Below are positions 59,110 through 64,000 of a DNA stretch of 64,000 nt, piece after piece (position 1 is the first letter of the stretch; every line of letters begins with the position of its first letter). This DNA comes from an uncultured Veillonellaceae bacterium. Its GTDB lineage: Bacteria > Bacillota > Negativicutes > JARBTT01. A program made the position numbers and the translations under genes. Below the pieces are notes generated by a model. The model ran no database searches. It was not told the DNA's origin and was given only the letters and a program-made list of their open reading frames with translations. Where the stretch lies: contig CAWDTA010000002.1 of assembly GCA_963805085.1 (NCBI GenBank), positions 960,001 to 1,024,000 of the forward strand, in the 5' to 3' direction.

Positions 59110-60048
59110 ATGATATTATTAAACGCCATTGAAGGCGTGCTTAGTTTACTTTTGATGGGGCTTGTCGGCTATGTATTAGCTGGTAAGGGGTGGTTCAATA
59201 AAGAAACATCTGCTTTGCTGCCCAAACTGGTCACCAAAGTTTCGTTGCCATTATTTTTATTATGTAACTTGATTACCACGTTTCATCGGGATGATTTAGT
59301 CCACATGATTTATGGTGTAATTGTGCCGATGCTATCCATGCTGATCTGTTTTGTGCTCAGTTTAGGGTTGGGCAAACTATGTAAAGTCAACAAACGACAT
59401 ATTGGGATTTTTTATAGTACGTTTGTCGCTTCTAATTCTATTTTTGTTGGTCTTCCGGTAGATATTGCACTATTTGGTGAGGAGTCCTTGCCCTATACCT
59501 TGCTGTATTTTTTTGCGAATACAACATTCTTTTGGACCTTTGGCAATTATTACATAAGCTCTGATGGCGATAGTCGTAAGGTGGCATTATTTAGTATGGA
59601 GACGGTAAAAAAGGTCTTTTCAGCGCCGATTATCGGTTTTTTATCGGCAATTGTCATCATTATGCTAGAAATTTCGGTGCCGGATTTTCTCGTCAAAACT
59701 GCGCGATATCTAGGCGGAATGACGACACCCTTGGCGATTATTTTTATCGGAATTGTTTTATACGGAATTGATTTGAAAAAGATTCGGTTGGATAAAGATA
59801 TTTTATTAGTGCTCTTAGGTCGTTTTGTCATTAGTCCACTTAGCATTGTCCTAGTTACTTACTTTATTCCGATCCCAGACCTTATGCGGAAGGTGTTTAT
59901 TATCCAAGCGTCGCTGCCAGCAATGGCCCAAACCGTAATTTTGGCGAGCTTTTATAAGGCTGATAGTGAATATGCGACGATTCTTGTATCGCTGAGTACG
60001 CTGCTTTCGATACTTACCATTCCTTTATATATGGTAATGATTTCTTGA
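59110..60048 (+). CDS. AEC (malate permease/auxin efflux) family transporter
   Basis: SNSIFVGLPV..LFG, YLGGMTTPL, GRFVISP, QASLPAM. Confidence 0.9.
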   Translation: MILLNAIEGVLSLLLMGLVGYVLAGKGWFNKETSALLPKLVTKVSLPLFLLCNLITTFHRDDLVHMIYGVIVPMLSMLICFVLSLGLGKLCKVNKRHIGIFYSTFVASNSIFVGLPVDIALFGEESLPYTLLYFFANTTFFWTFGNYYISSDGDSRKVALFSMETVKKVFSAPIIGFLSAIVIIMLEISVPDFLVKTARYLGGMTTPLAIIFIGIVLYGIDLKKIRLDKDILLVLLGRFVISPLSIVLVTYFIPIPDLMRKVFIIQASLPAMAQTVILASFYKADSEYATILVSLSTLLSILTIPLYMVMIS

Positions 60049-60095
60049 GGAATTAATTGTAAACAGAGATAAATTTAAATTTAGCAATTTATAAA

Positions 60096-60122
60096 GCAGG
60101 TTTTTCCATAATAGAGTCGAAT
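60096..60122 (+). promoter_or_regulatory. SigH-like promoter upstream of the MCP
   Basis: GCAGGTTTT..GTCGAAT; similar AGGA..GAAT sites near 4938, 39957 and 42431. Confidence 0.4.
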
Positions 60123-60254
60123 GTTACAAATAATTGTGAAATTCGACTTTTTTCGCGTGAAACGTTAAAAATAAAGAGTACATAGTCGCAAGTACTGTAG
60201 TAAGAGGCTAGAGGATTAGCTGTAAGTATTCATAAGAATAAAAGACATAAGGAT

Positions 60255-62288
60255 GTGCAGATTGTGAAGTTTCAAAATGTTAAGACAAAGTTTCTGATTT
60301 TTTTATTACCGTTATTTATTTTAAGTTTTCTAGTTTTATCGGCAATTAGTTATTATTTTGCTAATAAGACCTTAAATGAGTCTGTTGATGAAACCGTAAG
60401 AGCAATGGGGAAAGAATCTTCGATGCAAGTACATGAAGGGATTAATGAACGAATTATCAGATTGGAAGAATTGGCAACAGATGAAGTGCTTCGTGGTGCG
60501 AATGAACAAGCAAAAGTTGCTTATTTAGCTGATTCGCAAAAACGTTTAGGGTTTGATTCGTTATACTATGCTGATCTAAAAGGTGATTGTATTCGTGCTG
60601 ATGGTAAGAAATTTAATCGATCAGATCGTGATTACTTCAAAAAAGTATTGGAAACCAAAAAGCCATATGTACCAGAACCTGTAGTATCAGCCGATACTGG
60701 TAAACTAATTCTCGTATTGACTGTGCCAGCGTTTGAAAATGGACAGCTCGTTGGTATGATGATGGGAAGTATTACATTAGAAAAGTTATCAAAAGTGTTA
60801 GATGGCATAAAGTTTAGAGAATCTGGGTATGGTTATATCGTCGAAAGTAAAGGTAAGGTGATTGCCAATAATAAAGCACCAGAATTCATTAACAAGCTAG
60901 ATTTGACAGAGAAAACAATAAACCCAGAGCTTAAGACAAGTATGAGTGAGCTCGATGAGAAGTTGATGAAGAGCTTTAAAGAAGTTGTCCAAACAGGCGA
61001 GGCTGAGAGTTGTTACTATAAAAATGTATTTGGTAGAGACGATGTAGCCGTACTAACGCCAATAGAGCTTTTTGGGCAACGGTGGGTAATGGTAATTACT
61101 GCGCCAGAAGAAGAGGTAACTGCTCCCGTAAAAAGATTAGCAAATTATATGTTTGGGGTATCTATTTTCTTTATCTTAGTTGCGAGTGTATGTATCTATT
61201 TATTTGCGAAAAAAATTGCAAAACAAATAGAATTAATCCGTGATGACTGCATGCGACTAAATGAGGGTGATTTTAAAGATAGACCGATTAGTATTGATAG
61301 TGAGGATGAATTTGGTCAACTTGCAAGGGGATTTCATACGATGCGAACGACCTTAAGAACGTTAATTAAGAAAGTTCAAAATGAAGCAGAGCAAGTTGCC
61401 GCATCAAGTGAAATGCTCAATGAAAGTGCTGGACAATCTGCTGAAGCATCCAATCAAGTGGCTGTCTCGATTACAGACATAGCAGCAGGGGTAGAAAAAC
61501 AATCTCATTCAGCAAAAAATGTAAATGGGATAGCGCAGAAAGTGGCCAATATAGCTGGTGAAATCGCGGGGAAATCTAAAGATGTTGCCAAAGTTGCCCA
61601 TGAAGCAAGTGGCGATGTCGAACTTGGTCGTACGGCAATTGCTAGTGCGGTTAAACAAATGGAGCAAATCGGATCAGGGTCTGAAGAAATTCAAGAGGCA
61701 ATTGGCAAATTGGCGCAGGGATCACAAGAAATTAGCAATATTGTTGAGTTGATTTCTAATATTGCGGCACAAACTAACCTCTTGGCACTGAATGCGGCAA
61801 TTGAAGCGGCGCGTGCTGGTGAGCATGGTCGTGGTTTTGCCGTTGTAGCTGAAGAAGTGAGAAAACTTGCTGAGGAATCTCATCAGTCTTCACAAAAAAT
61901 TGGAGAACTTGTAAAACATAATCAAGTCGATATGGATAAGGCAGTTTCTGCAAGTAAGGCAGGGACCGCTGGAATTGGTCAAGGAATTGAAGCAGTCAAT
62001 ACAGCAGATGAAACCTTTAAAACAATTGTTAAGGCAATTGTTCATTTATCGGCTGAAATCACAGCGATTTCTGGGTCGATCAATATGATGGCAGATGGTA
62101 GTAAAGATATGCTAAACTCCATGCAAGAGATTGATGAAGTAAGTAAGAATAGCGCTGCAGAAGTACAATCTGTATCAGCAGCTACAGAAGAACAATCAGC
62201 GTCTATGCAGGAAATTGCATCAGCGAGTCAAAGTTTAGCGATGCTTGCCAATGAGTTACAAAGTGCAATCGCTAAATTTAAAGTTTAA
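60255..62288 (+). CDS. Methyl-accepting chemotaxis protein (dCache, HAMP, signalling domain)
   Basis: Two TM segments, [50 protein letters not shown]. Confidence 0.95.
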   Translation: MQIVKFQNVKTKFLIFLLPLFILSFLVLSAISYYFANKTLNESVDETVRAMGKESSMQVHEGINERIIRLEELATDEVLRGANEQAKVAYLADSQKRLGFDSLYYADLKGDCIRADGKKFNRSDRDYFKKVLETKKPYVPEPVVSADTGKLILVLTVPAFENGQLVGMMMGSITLEKLSKVLDGIKFRESGYGYIVESKGKVIANNKAPEFINKLDLTEKTINPELKTSMSELDEKLMKSFKEVVQTGEAESCYYKNVFGRDDVAVLTPIELFGQRWVMVITAPEEEVTAPVKRLANYMFGVSIFFILVASVCIYLFAKKIAKQIELIRDDCMRLNEGDFKDRPISIDSEDEFGQLARGFHTMRTTLRTLIKKVQNEAEQVAASSEMLNESAGQSAEASNQVAVSITDIAAGVEKQSHSAKNVNGIAQKVANIAGEIAGKSKDVAKVAHEASGDVELGRTAIASAVKQMEQIGSGSEEIQEAIGKLAQGSQEISNIVELISNIAAQTNLLALNAAIEAARAGEHGRGFAVVAEEVRKLAEESHQSSQKIGELVKHNQVDMDKAVSASKAGTAGIGQGIEAVNTADETFKTIVKAIVHLSAEITAISGSINMMADGSKDMLNSMQEIDEVSKNSAAEVQSVSAATEEQSASMQEIASASQSLAMLANELQSAIAKFKV

Positions 62289-62385
62289 GACAATATATCT
62301 CATGCATGTTTTTATTGACAAACGAATTAAAACATGTAGATTAGATGGAATAGTAAATTTAATAGTTAACTGATCATAAAACTGA

Positions 62386-62423
62386 AGGCAAAGGGTACTT
62401 ATATGAGTATTCTTTGCCTCTTT
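62386..62423 (+). terminator. Hairpin/terminator
   Basis: AGGCAAAGGGTACTT-atat-GAGTATTCTTTGCCT. Confidence 0.65.
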
Positions 62424-62784
62424 GATTATAGAAATACAACAGGTTAATGCTTTGTAATTTATAATTTGAATACGTAGACATAATTTAAATTTGATATAAT
62501 TGCATCGGGATAAAACAATGTGTTTTAGGGAGGCACCTTTAATAGCATATTACTATTAGTTATGAAATCATAAGAAAATATGATTTCAATAATTGGATAT
62601 TTATGGTATTAATTTCGCAAAAAACTGATAAATTATGATAAAATAAATTATAGCTATAATAGCTTGGAGGTAAAAATAATGTGATTTAGGGGAGCGATAA
62701 CAAAATAATGATGTTTATAAGGTTGGCCAAGGTATTATTTATTATACTAGTTTAGAAATAATGTCTGTTTGGGAGTGTTTTAAT

Positions 62785-64000
62785 ATGAAATATGATGAAC
62801 ATTTGAATACAGTTAGAGCAAAATTTTTAATTGTTTTAATTCCTTTGTTTATATTGAGTTTTATGATTTTATCGGGAATTAGTTATTATGTGGCAAATGA
62901 TGCTTTGCTAAAGGGTTCTGATGAAATTGCTCGCGGTGTAGGGGATAAATTTGCCGCACAAATCGATAAAACCATGAATGAAAAAATGATTCGTTTGGAT
63001 GAATTGGCATCATTACCTGCAATTATAAATGGTGATGATACAATAAGAATTCAAGCCTTGGCAGAGGCGAAAAAACGTAGTCCGGGTTTTGATACAATAT
63101 GTTTTGCTGATCTAAAGGGGCATACCGTTAATGAAGTAGGGGCACATCTGGAACGTGGTGACCGCGAATACATAAAAAAAGTCAAAGAAACACAAAAACC
63201 TTATATGTCTAATCCATCAGTCTCAGGGACTACAGGAAAATTAATTACAGTGATGACACGACCGGTGATAAATAGTGGAAAATTAGTGGGCTATGTATTT
63301 GGTACCGTTAGTTTGGATAATATATCGAAATTGATGGATCAAGTAAAGTATGAAAAAACAGGATATGGTTATATTGCCGATAGTTCTGGAGTCGTATTAG
63401 GGCATGGGTCAAACCCAGAAATGGCTGGAAAGCTAAATTTGACGGAGAAAAAAGTGAATCCAGAATTAAAAGATGCTGGTACAGAACTTGATGATCGTTT
63501 AATCAATAGCTTTAAAGGTGTCGTTGAAACAGGAAAGCAAGCTTCTTCAGAATATGTAACCCCGACAGGCATTGAATCTGTAACGGTTATAACCCCGATA
63601 GAGCTAGATGGTCGTCGTTGGGTTATGATTGTTACGGCACCTAAAGCAGAAGTGCAAGCAGGAGCTAATTTGTTATTTAAAGTTATGACAGGTATTTCTA
63701 TTGGTTTCATTGTACTCGCAATTGTAGTAATTTATTTCTTTGCGAAACGTATTTCAAAACCGATAGAAGAAATTCGTGATGAATGTGTCGTTTTAAATAA
63801 TGGGGATCTGAGGCAAGATCATGTTAGTGTAGATTCTAAAGATGAAATAGGACAGCTAGCAAAAGGGTTCAATGATATGCGCAAAAATTTACGTGCTTTA
63901 ATCCAGAAAGTCCAAGACCAATCGCAGCAAGTTGCTGCTGCCAGTGAAGAACTTACGGCAGGAGCACATCAATCAGCCGAAGCTGCTAATCAAGTAGCAA
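62785..64000 (+). CDS. Second MCP, paralog of 60255, 3'-truncated by the window
   Basis: Not in the ORF track; GGGAG-N9-ATG; MKYDEHLNTVRAKFLIVLIPLFILSF, DREY, DEIGQLAKGF, QVAAASEEL. Confidence 0.92.
   Translation, partial: MKYDEHLNTVRAKFLIVLIPLFILSFMILSGISYYVANDALLKGSDEIARGVGDKFAAQIDKTMNEKMIRLDELASLPAIINGDDTIRIQALAEAKKRSPGFDTICFADLKGHTVNEVGAHLERGDREYIKKVKETQKPYMSNPSVSGTTGKLITVMTRPVINSGKLVGYVFGTVSLDNISKLMDQVKYEKTGYGYIADSSGVVLGHGSNPEMAGKLNLTEKKVNPELKDAGTELDDRLINSFKGVVETGKQASSEYVTPTGIESVTVITPIELDGRRWVMIVTAPKAEVQAGANLLFKVMTGISIGFIVLAIVVIYFFAKRISKPIEEIRDECVVLNNGDLRQDHVSVDSKDEIGQLAKGFNDMRKNLRALIQKVQDQSQQVAAASEELTAGAHQSAEAANQVA

Noticed and set aside
1-64000. CRISPR array, rRNA, IS/transposase, integrase
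   Set aside because: No regularly spaced repeat array, rRNA-like tract or recombinase/transposase motif was seen on manual reading

Overview
AT-rich chromosomal window from a low-GC Bacillota member, probably a spore-forming Negativicute (inferred from SigK/SigH-like promoters, Spo0A boxes, orphan KinA-type kinases and Cache MCPs). 1-7965 is the right end of an island integrated at tRNA-Gly(CCC); only the displaced 3' tRNA half is present (7918-7965). The island carries a DUF932-type gene, an ATPase-wHTH cassette flanked by direct repeats, a methyltransferase and an orphan kinase. 8.3-15 kb is a patchwork: a PAS kinase, an XRE repressor with a three-operator switch driving an HD-GYP gene, and SigK-type genes. 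15.2-21.8 kb is a cytoplasmic mannoside cluster (GT4, GH130, GT4, six-hairpin protein, ManC) with a structured 5' leader. A polar amino acid ABC operon follows. The 3' end of its last permease gene is duplicated around an 8.4-kb sigma54/LevR-type mannose-family PTS cluster encoding a KdsD-like isomerase, a 2-hydroxyacid dehydrogenase and a non-DapA aldolase (candidate Kdo-type catabolism). The rest holds mtlARFD, transporters, a nonsense-interrupted MBL hydrolase, a Dda/RecD-like helicase, a candidate Spo0A-linked sRNA, a HutP-family gene, LysR-DcuC-M20, MarR-RND efflux, AlkD, a nitroreductase and two MCPs. No CRISPR array, rRNA, intact tRNA, integrase or transposase was seen. All family calls come from motif recognition by eye, not database searches.
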